From the NCBI RefSeq assembly GCF_052425735.1, contig NC_135762.1, positions 27,838,001-27,902,000 on the forward strand: DNA of 64,000 nucleotides. Direction: 5' to 3'. The notes below the pieces were generated by a model. It saw nothing but the letters and a program-made list of their open reading frames with translations, did not search any database and was not told where the DNA came from. The position numbers were made by a program, and so were the translations under genes. The stretch is from Oculina patagonica (Eukaryota). How positions within the stretch are numbered: position 1 is the first letter of the stretch; each line of letters starts with the position of its first letter. Shown here piece by piece: positions 23,957 to 35,976 of this stretch.

Positions 23957-24994
23957 CACGTAGGGGCCAAACCACCCCCCAAATGTTTCATGAAACCTAA
24001 TTTTGGTTATTTTCAACATTAATTTACTAAACTTGTGGTGTTAGCTCAAATTGATGTCCACTTCATTTTAAGCTGAAGAATTTCTCAAAATTTCACAAAG
24101 TGACATCACAAAGGATGACGTCACAAAAACCAGTAAAGTAAAATTTTGAATTATTATTTAAAAAGTGTCTCATCTGGAAGTGGGTATCAAGGGGAGTAAA
24201 ACACTGAAAACCGTTCATCGCTGCGATTTTTTGTTCCCGAATTATGGCCAGTTAAAAACAGATCAGTGTTCCCCCCGGAACTATAGGTTTCCATACTTTC
24301 TTTGTAAAAGTTATGTCCTTGGTATTTTTTTGTCAGTTTTTTTCCAGCTGAGCTGGTATTTTGGTAAAAGAGACTTCTTACTGTCCCTAAAAATCGTATG
24401 GTTTTAGTTTTTCCACTTTTGCCTCCAGGACAATAATATGGCAAAGGAATTATTGGTCACGTGACCTTTTATTACGTCACAAATCTGCTTTTATGCTTCC
24501 AGGAATTACAAAAAATATTTTTTTCATAATTTTCTTTTCCCTTCTACTTTCTGCATTTAATACAACCAATGTGTAATGTTAATTGCACTACTATTAAGAA
24601 AAAAGGCAGTCAAATTTAGCTTTATTACCGAAGGGGGGAGGTCCCATTTATTGACTTAAAATTTTTCCAACTTTAAAATGTCATATCTCACCCAGTATTT
24701 GCCGCATGTACATACTGTTTTCGGTTTTCAACTTCTCTTGATGCGCTCTATCTTAAACAGTAGAAAAATTGAAACAATTCCAAACTTTAATTTTAAGAAA
24801 ATATTACGTCATCAGTTATGACGTCATATAGTGACAAGTTCGACAAACAAGTCTTTCAAAATGATTGGCATGTTGTCTTATATTAACCTACCAAGTTTCG
24901 CAAGCATGCGATCAACATCAACAAAGTTATTAAAAATCTCACCAAATACCCAATTTTAGATGAAACATTTGGGGGGTGGTTTGGCCCCTACGTG
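23957..24994. mobile_element. 1.04-kb non-autonomous TIR transposon, CMC (Chapaev/CACTA-like) type
   Basis: Perfect 35-bp TIR CACGTAGGGGCCAAACCACCCCCCAAATGTTTCAT; 3-bp TSD TCC; no ORF. Superfamily inferred from CAC termini plus 3-bp TSD. Confidence 0.85.
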
Positions 24995-25606
24995 TCCAGT
25001 TACTTTCGATCTTCAACATAACTACCTCCAATGCTTGCTCAACATGTAATCGTCAAATTCTAGGCAGCAATGAATTAGAATGTAAAAGCTGCTAGCTGTG
25101 CTAGTTGTTATTATTTGAATACGATTGTCTTCGCTTTAATAGCTGAAGATCAAATGTCAAACTTAGACAAGAGCTCATTTACATGTCACTTTTCAGTGTT
25201 TAGAAGCAAATTTACCATTCCGTTCGAGCCTAACGCTCAGAAGAAGATTCCTGGGCTATTTATAGCACGAAAACAAAAATACTCTTGAGTTTGTTTTCTT
25301 GCTTTCAACTTATTTTATGTCACTCTGAAATATCCCGGGAGAGAATGACAAATGAATGAGGTGGTGATCTCATGGTTAATCATCGGTTGACAAAAGATAG
25401 AAAAAAAAAACTAGAAAAGTGAGCTCACTTTTCTTGTTTTTATTTTTTACTTTCTCTTGGTTCGCGTTTATATCGGGAGGTTCGAGAAATCTAAAATAAT
25501 AATAAATTGGAAATATAAAATTTCCCAGCACTCAAGAAATAGTTTCATTGCTCTTCCATCTTACATGGCCGCTAACATTGGAGCGATCTAAAGGCATACT
25601 GAGGGA

Positions 25607-25672
25607 TAGCCTGCGTTGCAGACGAACAAAGCCCCACTATACCGGGGTTTTGTTTGTCTGCAACGCAGGCTA
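25607..25672. mobile_element. 66-bp hairpin MITE (TAGCCTGC termini)
   Basis: TAGCCTGCGTTGCAGAC...GTCTGCAACGCAGGCTA; 9-bp TSD ACTGAGGGA. Confidence 0.85.
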
Positions 25673-27324
25673 ACTGAGGGACAGACCATTATTTTGTGAA
25701 AGGGGGATCAAAATTGTTTCAAGACAAACAATTTTTCTAGGGTCTTTGTCTGTGTAAACAATTTTTTCCGGCTGCATCTTCCTGCAGGCAATGTTTTCTG
25801 ATGCCTGCAATCAATTAATTTGGCCTTTTTTCTCCTTGCAAACAATATTTTTGAGGGTTTTTAATTTTAAAATAATCTTCGAATCAACATTCAGACTGTC
25901 CTGTCACAAATTCAGATTCGATGTTTTACAGAGGCTTTTTACTGGAAGACCTTGAAATGATGATACCATTCAAAACCTCGAAAAACATGGCGGCGTGAAT
26001 TTTACCAAGTTAGGGAATGTTTAGTCGTCATCAAATATTCTATGGCATCTTTTTAACGTTATGTGTCACTGGTGACTACTCGTAATTAGAAGTAATAAGC
26101 CAAGATACTGGAAAGCGGCCGTTACCAAGAGCAAGCAATGATAGCAAATTTTATATCTGCAAAACGTTTGTTTTGTTCGCCATTTTGTTTGCTGTGCTAA
26201 GCGGCCGCCCGTTCCAAGGCAAACGAAAATTGGTTCCCGAAATCGGGAGTATCGAGAAAAATGAGGGTTTAAAGAAATCGGGATTCTACTGTACAAGTAT
26301 CACGAATCGGAGCACGGTGCATGCCAGTTCCCCAACCCCCTTCCCCGGATTGTTCCAATGTATCGATGTCCCCCAACAGGAACATTCATCCCCAACTCCC
26401 TGGCCCTTAGGCAAGCTTGCATGTAAGAGTACGTCTCTGTAATTTTACCGCCGCTTTCTCGAAGCAATTTTCATTTCCCCTGGAGGTTCAAGAAATCGGG
26501 ATTATACTGTACATTTGCCGTTATTATTAACATCGGTCTTCCGAACTACAGTATTTTGCTTCGTAATTCTTTTTTAAAGTTCAATAAAGCCGTTTCGACT
26601 GTAGCTTAGCAAATTTACAGGTCATAGTCTGCATGGTTTCCTGTTAACATTCGCCATGGCGAGTTGCGCATATTTATTTGACAAGTAACAAAAATTTTCA
26701 TGTAAGTTGCAAGAATATACAATTCGTGACTAATCTTACAGTTGTAAGTGTTTCTCTAAGCTTTGCGATAAAATAATTATATATCTTGTGTTGCCTAACA
26801 CATGGAATTTGGCTCTTGGCATAATGAAGTTACAGTTACAGTTTAATACAGCCCAAGCAAATATTTAAAAATCAGTGTAACTTAAGCTTTGCAAAAATCT
26901 AACTAAACCAAAATTGAAATGATCCGTTCTCAATAAGAATCTATGTATTCCACTTTCAAAGGCCGTTCATTAATATATATTTTAGAATGGATACTGTACC
27001 TTAACTTAGGTAAACGTTGATTGCGAATGAATCAATTCAAGCGAAGAACCATCATGGTCCCTCATTCGCTAACCTAATGCTTTATATTTTGCTTTTGCGA
27101 GGGTTTTGTTCAGTTTTATTTTCGCATATCGATAATTACACCAAAAAAGAAAGGTTTTTCATATGCATGGTTCATTTCTGTATTAATAGCATTTATATAA
27201 TGCCTTCTCATTGCTACTAAGTAAAGTAGGAAGGTTCAAACAGATACCGTGTCAACATTCACTGGCAACGGATGTAATAACCCAGTCAAGTTTAGCTCCT
27301 AGCAATTTCAATGATATAAATTGT

Positions 27325-28287
27325 TCAGAGAGCTATTACTGCTGAATCCAAGCGTAAAGGTTTTTGTCTTATCTCACGATTTGCCTTGGTTATAGGAATT
27401 GCGAGAATCACACGTCGACGAAACTTACGAGAAATCATGGCATACAGGATAGGGTTAAGAAAGAAAGAGGTTTTGGCAAAGACACTACATGCGCTGGTGG
27501 CTATAGGGTTTAAATAACCCCTTACAATTAAAAGCAAAGACACTATGGCATACGGAGACCACGACAGCATAAAAGTGGCTATGACAATTAAAAAGTACAT
27601 GGCGGACTCTCGATGTTTTTTCGTAAGAGCCTGTGTCATTGTCATTGCTAAGCCACCCATCTGGGAAGTGTTGCCGACAATTTGTTTGGAAACTTGGTAG
27701 ATCTTGTAGTAGCAAAACGAGATCACGGCCATGGGTAAAAAGTAGCAAGCGATAAATATGACTACGAAATATGCCCTATCGCCTGGACTAGATGATTTCC
27801 ATTTTATTGAGCAGGTTTCGTTGGTCCCTTCTAGGCCATATCTCGACCACCCCATCAAAGGTGGCGCGCTGAAGACCAAAGAGTACATCCAAGAGGCCAA
27901 GATTATCATCAGCACTTTCTTTTTGTTAAAATAGGACTCTCTGGAAAGAGATCTTGTGATAGTCAAGTACTTTCCTACTGAAATAGCAGCCAAGTGTGTG
28001 ATGGAGACGAGTGCGAGCAGAAATATCATGAAGGCATGAGCCTGACATCCAGCCATGCCAAGCGGCCATTCCTTCTTGAAGTGAATGGCCATGGAAAATG
28101 GAACTGCTACAGCACAGGAAAGAAAATCACTCACCGAGATACTGAGAATGAGATAACTCGACGCTGAGAGGTAACGAATGTTCTTACAAATTGTAAGAAT
28201 TACTAATCCGTTCAGTAAAATTCCAAAGAAGCATACAATGAACTTAATAACTGCAAATATTATGCTCCAGCTGCCAACCGCGTCCAT
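27325..28287 (-). CDS. Opsin (intronless anthozoan opsin, 320 aa), copy 1
   Basis: 7TM class-A GPCR; PPLMGWSRYGLEG..TC (Glu181, Cys187), WSPYA, retinal-binding Lys296 in FAKTS, NPILY, SRKFR. Confidence 0.93.
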   Translation of the reverse strand: MDAVGSWSIIFAVIKFIVCFFGILLNGLVILTICKNIRYLSASSYLILSISVSDFLSCAVAVPFSMAIHFKKEWPLGMAGCQAHAFMIFLLALVSITHLAAISVGKYLTITRSLSRESYFNKKKVLMIILASWMYSLVFSAPPLMGWSRYGLEGTNETCSIKWKSSSPGDRAYFVVIFIACYFLPMAVISFCYYKIYQVSKQIVGNTSQMGGLAMTMTQALTKKHRESAMYFLIVIATFMLSWSPYAIVSLLLIVRGYLNPIATSACSVFAKTSFFLNPILYAMISRKFRRRVILAIPITKANREIRQKPLRLDSAVIAL

Positions 28288-30924
28288 GTTTCATCTATAT
28301 AAATCCATCAACCTCTGTTTAGGTTATATTTTGTTAAATCTGTGCTTGTTCGATTACAAAAGGCTCTCTTTCAGTCTTTTTTGTCTGTTTCTGTCTTTTT
28401 TTTTTTTGCAATCAAGGAAACGGAAAGCCGGCTGTTTTGCACGGTAGCTCTTTTTTAACCATTAAGACAGAGTTATGGTTCCGCTCAATGGTAAAACACC
28501 CACGCATCAAGGCGTGTGTTCTAATGCCATAATTCATACAATAATAAACGGGAATGTGATAGAATAGGAAGTTTTTTACACATGCCGGATCAGTACCTTT
28601 TAAATTTCTTCTTGAATAGCCTGTAAAGACGGAAGCGACAAGTTTTGTTAATCACACCCTCAGGAAAGCTTTCGCACTCTTTTCTAAAACCCAACTTTTA
28701 AATTTTGCATTTAATTAAACTCAAAATTTAAGAAAGCGACAAAGAATTTATTAATATCATATATGTTTTCAATTTTTACACCATAATGGACAGAACATTA
28801 CTGATTTTAATCTTCCCTCTTAGCACACTGCTAAGAAAATTATACTCAGTGATTGTCACCCTTTGTTGTCGTCTCATATTTGTAGTTAGCGTTGCAGGTA
28901 GCACTTTATTAACCATAAATCCTAGTGAAGATATCCACGTATTCGAAGATGTCAGGCAACTTATTTTTACTTATTTTTGAGGGAATTAATTTTCGCGACT
29001 TTCGGCATTGCAGTTACATACACAAAATTACGGTGTAAACTTCAAGGAAAATGACCCTTTAATAATCCTAAACATCACATAAACTTCATTCCCTTTTGCA
29101 TAGAGTTGAATAGACGGGTAGATTTTCTTTTATTGTCCTCCTTTGGCAAGGCCTCTAATTTATTCAAGGGGTAGGGGATTTATAAGACTAGACAACTAAC
29201 AGATTCTTAAATAAATACTCAATAGATTCTGTCAATTGACTTGAGTGAGTGTAGAGTGTGAAGAACGTAGACTAAATAACGCTCATTTTCCGTTTCTTGT
29301 TGCTTGCTACATATCTAAGACTGAAAACAAAGCAAAAATAAAAGAGCAATTCAGTGCTGCAAAATTACCAAGATACGGCCTAAATAATCAATTTTAAACA
29401 TTTAGTACCGTAAACGATTGATGTATCGAAATTAATCTAGATACCTAATGGTTTTAAGCGTTTAAAACGTGCCACCTTTGGCCATGGACCAAAAATAACA
29501 AGCAAAAAAATATACAACGGCCATGATACTTTGTGTTGTTGACTGGCAGAGATGACACCCGGCACTGTCGTTTTAACGCATATTTTCCATTTGTCCAGTT
29601 TTGGTGCTTTTACAAAGCCACTGTTCGCTTACCAACAGACATGCAGTGATATCTGGTTCCTTAAAATGGCGTCAGTTTTTTGGTCCATTTAAGTGTTATG
29701 TTTAGCCTAGATTTCAAACGAGTCCTGTCAAGTTGGCGTTGCCATTTATGGAGGTATACTGAAGCTTTGGAGTTTCACTATGAACACCCACGTGAGTAGG
29801 ATGAAAATGTTCAATTTGTCGAATAATCTTGTTACGATACTATTTGATGCAACTGAACCTCCCATATCATATCCTACCACGCCATGCACTTTGCTTCTCA
29901 GCGGAATTAACGAGGCTGGGTTTTTTGAGCGTGCTGCATGCATTGGTAATCCGTCAACTTGGGGCGCTTTCCCTTTGTCAGAACAAATCAGCCACGCTGA
30001 TAGTTTTGAATGTAAAAATAGTCCTTTTCCACAAGACTTACCACACAAATCCACCTGTATTGATTACTGATTTGATAGGACAAATCTGAATAAAAGCGAA
30101 ATTCTGTTCTAGAATATATCGGTCTTGCCAGCCAGTATTGACAAAAGGAAAGCGCTGGTGTTCCTAGAAAACGCCGGTGAAAAAAAAAAAAAATCAGGAA
30201 CAGGCTTCGCATAGAAAAAGAAAAGGAATATGCCGAAAAGAGGAATTATATTATTCTACATAAGTTCTGTAGCTGCTATTTTACTAACCGAATCATTGAG
30301 TTTTCTCGTGCTCAATGGAAAGTGGATTGCTCCTTTAATGAATAAAAATATTTTACAATCAGAAGTTGTCACTGTGAACATGTTTAGAAGAGGCTTGACA
30401 AATATTCGATTTTGTTGACGATTTAAAGGCATTTTGGCCAATTGTTAAGCTGTGCTTTCATAAATTATGTGTCTAACTATCGCTCTGACACATTTCAATA
30501 GTTTGATATGAATAAATTTTTCTATTACTGTAGATAGCAACATTAAAAACAATTTTGAATAATAATGTGCATTTTAGCAACCTGATGGCGTATTTGCTAT
30601 TAAGTTATTCATCGTTTGGTAATAAACAATAGATAAAATGGAATGATGGAAACGGGTTATCTATGTATTTTTGGAAATTAAAATTGATTATGTTATAATT
30701 ACCTCCAACCCAACAAAACAACGGAAGTCACGTTCGTAATTATTGGACACCTGCTCGTGACAGAAGCCAAAACAACAAACGTTGCAAAATAAAATAAAAC
30801 AGAGCATAATAAACCAAGAAAGGACTCTTGAGGTTTCTTTTCTTTGCGTCTCGATGTACAAACAATAAGCATCTCTCATAATTTTATTCATTTTATGTAA
30901 AATCAGTTGCTTTGATATTTCTTA

Positions 30925-31314
30925 AGCCCTGGCTAAACGATAAAACATTTTCGTCTAACATCATTTTGGAAGAGCATGTTTGACCGTTTAGCCGCCTCTC
31001 TCAACATTGTATTAAATGAAATGGTTTCCCATATTTGATCTGTATCAAACATTTTTATCCAACATTTTATTTCTCGAGCAAATGTTTCGATCGTTTAGCT
31101 ACCTCTGCAAACAAAGCAAGCCCAAGCGGGAAAAAGCAGCCAATCAGAAACTGAATCTATGTGACGTTTTAGCAGTAAAGTAAAACGCACAAAGCGCTAT
31201 GTAGACTCACTTACTTCCATGTTTGATCAAACATTGTTTGCTCGTTTAGCCACTCCATGTTGTGCGCGACAAACACGATGTTGGACAAGAAATTTTGATC
31301 GTTTAGTCAGGGCT
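30925..31314. mobile_element. PIF/Harbinger-type MITE
   Basis: TIR AGCCCTGRCTAAACGAT; TSD TTA. Confidence 0.8.
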
Positions 31315-34080
31315 TTAGAGAAAATGATGCAGGAGGAGCCGAAGCAGGAGGAGCAGCCACCGCGAACGTCGCCACCGCCACCTCCGCTGCAGCAGTAGGA
31401 AAAACAGAGGCAACAGCAGCAGCAAGTGGTTGCGTCTTTATTTTCAGTTCGGATGAGCAAATTTTCAGAGATATTTCTTCTCTTTCGAAAAAAATATTTT
31501 TTCATATTTGATTCTACAATATAAGCAGTAAATGAATAACGAGTTTCATACTACACTAGCAAATTTTCCGATTTTCGTTGGATAACATATTTTTTTAATT
31601 GGTAAAAATAAAGAATTCAATTAAGAAAGTTTTAAACTCTGAGCCAATTTGGAGACGACTTTCTGCTATCAAACGTTTGCTTCCATTTTGTTACAGAAGG
31701 TATGTTTCAGTCAAACAATCAACAGTGAATAGCCAAAGACTCGAAAATGAAGATACAAACCATTTCCAACTGCAACGTTTAAAACGAATAAAAATTAATA
31801 ATTATGTTCTCCCGCAAATTGAAAGGCAACAAAGTGTTACCTTATCGCCTTGAAGAAAACATTTCCACTATTATTTTGAAAGAAATTCTTTATTTTTTTT
31901 ACATACAACAGATGATTTTTTTGGCAAAGAAAATGTTGTTTTTTCAACGCCAAAACTTTCGCCTATTTCCAGATGGCCCACTTTTTTGTCGCTTTTAGTG
32001 CTTCTGTCCTTTTCGCCCTTATTCAGGGGTTGGTGCATAGTTCAATTGCAAGTTATGCTTTTAGTTAAAGGTTTGACACCCACGCTAAATTTAATCAATT
32101 TAATCGCTTTAAACCGGTTACATTATCATGTGATGTAACTTAACTTCCCACATAATATCTTACCACGCAGTACACTTGGGGAACGACGGTTTCTTAAACT
32201 GGTGTTTGAATTTTTCAATTTAGCCTATGTCTGAGTTCTTTTAAAACGAAGAAGAAGATGAGACCACATACAATATGGGAATTATTCCGAAGAAAGAAAT
32301 TGTTATGATTATCTTTGTTTCTTTGCAGTCATATACTATTTACAACACCAGTTTGTGTTATTTAAGACTCCCCTGATTTAAACTTATGATTATATAAAAT
32401 AATAAATATGTTTTTCACAACAGGACTGACACACTCAGCTGATTTTCTTTTTTGCTAAGATTCACGCGCGGGTGGAAGAGTCAGAACCCACAAAATTAGA
32501 CATTTTAATATCGTGGCCCGGCTTTTACAGTTATTTTACTGATCAAAGGCCGAGCCCGAAACGTTTGGTTGTTTTAGTAAAGTTGGCGCTATACTGTACA
32601 ACTCTTAACTGGTTATCAAGTGCCACGTAGCCAAGAAAGTTTTACCGTAAATTACGCCCATGTCAGTGGCCATGTGTATATGCAAGATCAAGAACAGTGA
32701 AATCCCAAAATGTGAAGGAATATCGGCGATGTAGAGTAAAAATAGAACTCGATGACGAATGATTAAACTACGACAATCGGCTTCGTAACCTATCTTGAGG
32801 AAGCTTTCACCGGCGCGAGGGTTCAGTTACTTTGAATCTTGTTCTAAACTTGCTTTCTTTCCTTTTGTATATATTTTTTTAAATTATTAACTTGTGTCAC
32901 AGTTACTACCTCCAATTGTAAGGTATTTAAAAGTTGTTTAATATTTTAAAAGCTATTTGATTTGATACAACCTAGATAGGCCCTTAAATGGTACAAAGAG
33001 CATTGGTAAGAAATTAAAAGTTCTTCGCTTGTAATTAATTCACTCTGAGACAGCGTATAAAAGTGGCAGAAAGGCATCCTACACGTGACTTAAAGCAACG
33101 ATAAGAGTTTTACACGTGACAAGGAGAGAGAGTTTATGTTTATTTTTGAGAGATTGCCCACGAGGAATATAGTAAAGTATTTGTGGAATTTTAATTTTTT
33201 GTGTATGTGCAAAAATTTAATTTTTTTTATATATTTTTTTTTGTTGTGTGCTCAAAAAAATTTCGTCTATTAAATGACACCGCCAATGAAGAAAACACGT
33301 TTCGTCCGATCTAAATTAAACTGAGTATAACATATTTGAAAGGGGCATTGAAAAAGACTTGTCGTTCTTACCACACAGTTAGGAAGTATTGAAAACAACA
33401 TTCGATATTGCCCTCCCTGTTGACTTCCTGTGAAGGAGGAAAATGTGTTTGATTATTCTTTTTATTATCTGTTCAATGTTGCGTCACTTTGTATTTTCAA
33501 TGATTGCAAACTCCCACATTAAGAGTGCAAAAAAAAAAAAAACGTTTTATAGACCTTCCTTGCAGGTTTTAAGGAATCGTCCGGGCCGCAACCAGACCTT
33601 TGCGAGGTAGACGAGGCAAGATATTGCTAGGGGGTTCTGGGGGCATGCCCTCCAGACAATTTTGAAATCTAGAAGCGCTGAAACTCTTAGATATTTCGCG
33701 AGAAAAAACAATCTTGTTCAACTGGGGATTATTTTCCCAACAAAATATATATTTTTTAATTTTGGGTAAAAATCTAGACGAGGCAAGTGCCTCGCCTTGC
33801 CTCTTGCTAGTTACGGCCTTGAACATCACATAAACTTGACCGAAAAAGTTGGTTAAGAGTTTCGTGGCTGATGGCTAGGTGTGTTCCAACTATCGTTAGT
33901 TGCCTTAGCGTTTGTATATTGGACCAAGACTTTCGCTGAATCTTTTTTTGTCTTGCTTAGGGTTTGTTGGAAAGTTGAATTTTCACATTTCTGAACTTCT
34001 ATTGATCATTTTTTTTTGTTTTCACAAACTTTATTCATGAACTTCAAAATGCAGATTAAAGTGATGTTGTGTATTTCTGT

Positions 34081-34665
34081 CCATTTTCCTTTTTAAGGAG
34101 GATATCATACAACCGACAGAATGAAATCAATGGCTGCGTTTATTTTTTATATCATGCGGCCTTACAAACGATTATTTTACCCGTGCACCTGTGTGCGATT
34201 ATGGAGTAAAGGGTGTCAACGATACCATTCAATGATGATAAGCAGCTTGCGTGTGCTGTTCAAAGAACCAATGTTCTAACCATTTTCCTTTTCATAGAGG
34301 ATTACATATAAGCATCAGAATGAAATAAATTGCTGCGCATATATTTTTATATAATACAGCCTTGCAAACGATTATTTAACGTTACACTTGTATGCGTTAT
34401 GGAGTAAAGGGTGTCAACGACACCGTTCAATGTTAAGCAACTTGCGTGTGCTGTTCAGAGAGCCATGCAATGCTCTATCCATTTTCCTTCTTATAGAGGA
34501 TTACATAAAAGCTGAAGACTTAAATAAATGGCTGAATACATTTTTTATACCATTCGGCCCTACAAACGATTATATACCGTCGCACCCGTGTGCATTATGG
34601 TGTCAAGACTGTCAGCGACACCGTTCAATGTAAAGCAGCAGGCGTGTTCTGTTCAGAGAGCCAAG
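34081..34665 (-). repeat. Three diverged ~200-bp tandem copies of the opsin-2 stop codon + 3'UTR
   Basis: Units ~34081-34279, 34280-34478 and 34479-34665 share CCATTTTCCT...ACAAACGATTAT...TGTCA.CGA.ACC.TTCAATG...CTGTTCA.AGA.CCA. Confidence 0.85.
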
Positions 34666-35618
34666 GTTCGTGAAACAGAAGGTAAAACAGCTGGTCTTAC
34701 AGCTCTGTTTGGTCTGGTTACTGGAACTGAAAGAATCAAACGTCGTCGAAACTTGCGATGAAAAATTGCATACAGAATTGGATCAAGGAAAAACGAAATC
34801 TTGGCAAGCACACTACATGCACTGGTAGCTACAGGGTTAACCTTTCTTCCTAGAACTAAAAGGAAAGACACTACAGCATAAGGAGACCACGGGATTACAA
34901 AACCGGCTATAATAGCTAAAAAGTAAAATGCTGATTTGTGATGCTTCTTCAACAAAGCGTGTGTCACAGTCATTGCTAAACCAGCCCTGTGGGTAGTGTT
35001 GAAAACGATCTGTTTAGAAACTTGATGGATCTTGTAATAGCAGAAAGTGATCACAGCTAAGGGTAAAAGGAAGCAAGTGAAAATTACAACTCCAAAGTAT
35101 GCCTGATCGCTTGGAACAGATGATTCCCATTTAACTGAGCAGGTTGCATTTGTTCCTTCTAGGCCATATCTTGACCACCCGACCAAAGGTGCCACGCTGA
35201 AGCCAAACGAATAAATCCAAGAGACCAAGATTATCAACAGTACTCCTTTTTTGTTGAAATAAGAATCTCTTGAAAGAGATCTGGTGATAGTCAAGTACTT
35301 TCCCGCTGAAATGGCGGCCAAGTGAGTGATGGAAACGAGAGCGAGAAGGAATATCAAGAAGGCATGTGCCTTGCATCCAGCAATACCGAACGGCCATTCC
35401 TTCTTAAAGTGCTTTGCAACCGATAGTGGAATAGCTATCGCACAAGAAAGAAAATCACTCACCGCGATACTGAAAATTAGATATGTCGGTGCTGAAATGC
35501 GACGATGGATATTTCTACAAATTGTAAAGATCACAATTCCATTAAATGTGATTCCTAAGAAGCTCACCAGCAATTCAATTATTACAAACATCGTGTTCCA
35601 TTTTTCAATGGATTCCAT
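34653..35618 (-). CDS. Opsin (intronless anthozoan opsin, 321 aa), copy 2
   Basis: Paralog of copy 1; APLVGWSRYGLEGTNATC, WSPYA, Lys296 in LAKIS, DPILY, HRKFR. Confidence 0.93.
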   Translation of the reverse strand: MESIEKWNTMFVIIELLVSFLGITFNGIVIFTICRNIHRRISAPTYLIFSIAVSDFLSCAIAIPLSVAKHFKKEWPFGIAGCKAHAFLIFLLALVSITHLAAISAGKYLTITRSLSRDSYFNKKGVLLIILVSWIYSFGFSVAPLVGWSRYGLEGTNATCSVKWESSVPSDQAYFGVVIFTCFLLPLAVITFCYYKIHQVSKQIVFNTTHRAGLAMTVTHALLKKHHKSAFYFLAIIAGFVIPWSPYAVVSFLLVLGRKVNPVATSACSVLAKISFFLDPILYAIFHRKFRRRLILSVPVTRPNRAVRPAVLPSVSRTLAL

Positions 35619-35819
35619 TCTCTCAAAGTGAAAAACAAGCAGGCTGTTGTATTAACTGAGTGGTTCTCTGACCGCAGTTTGCTTTCGTTTTTCCTCTTAA
35701 ATTGCCTACCCTAAAGATACGAAAGACATTCAGACCTTCAGATAACGTTTCCTTTCAAGCATTGGCATTGCTTTCGTTTTCAAGAACTCGCTCTTTTGTT
35801 TTTGTGTTATCACCTTTCA

Positions 35820-35976
35820 CGCCCACCTGGTCGTGGTGAAATTGGCCAATTTATCATAAAACACCGGTTGTATATCACATAATTTGCTTAATTACACGTA
35901 ATATCCCACAACTTGCACGTTTCTTTTCGTACTCATACACGTGTTTCAGAACAGAACGAGATCTTTTTGCACGTGA
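35820..35976 (-). promoter_or_regulatory. Candidate opsin-2 promoter with an E-box cluster and CCAAT
   Basis: CACGTG at 35938 and 35970, CACGTT at 35916, CACGTA at 35895 and CCAAT at ~35846. These lie 200-360 bp upstream of the ATG; the two CACGTG and the CACGTT recur in the inverted copy at 41410-41750. Confidence 0.5.

Noticed and set aside
29600-30154. Overlapping 74-102 aa ORFs with faint kelch-like words (SDIWF, IYGG)
   Set aside because: The distal part is a GGGCGCTTTCC...GGAAAGCGC MITE (~29961-30154); the rest has stops and no convincing splice structure
31325-31430. Poly-Gln/Pro-like coding stretch
   Set aside because: Degenerate GCA/GCC trinucleotide repeat without splice or ORF context
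34081-34665. CRISPR-like array
   Set aside because: Units are similar along their whole length with no unique spacers; eukaryotic UTR duplication
27325-35618. Glu292/chloride-counterion type anthozoan opsin
   Set aside because: Position 292 is Ser and Glu181 is retained in both intact copies
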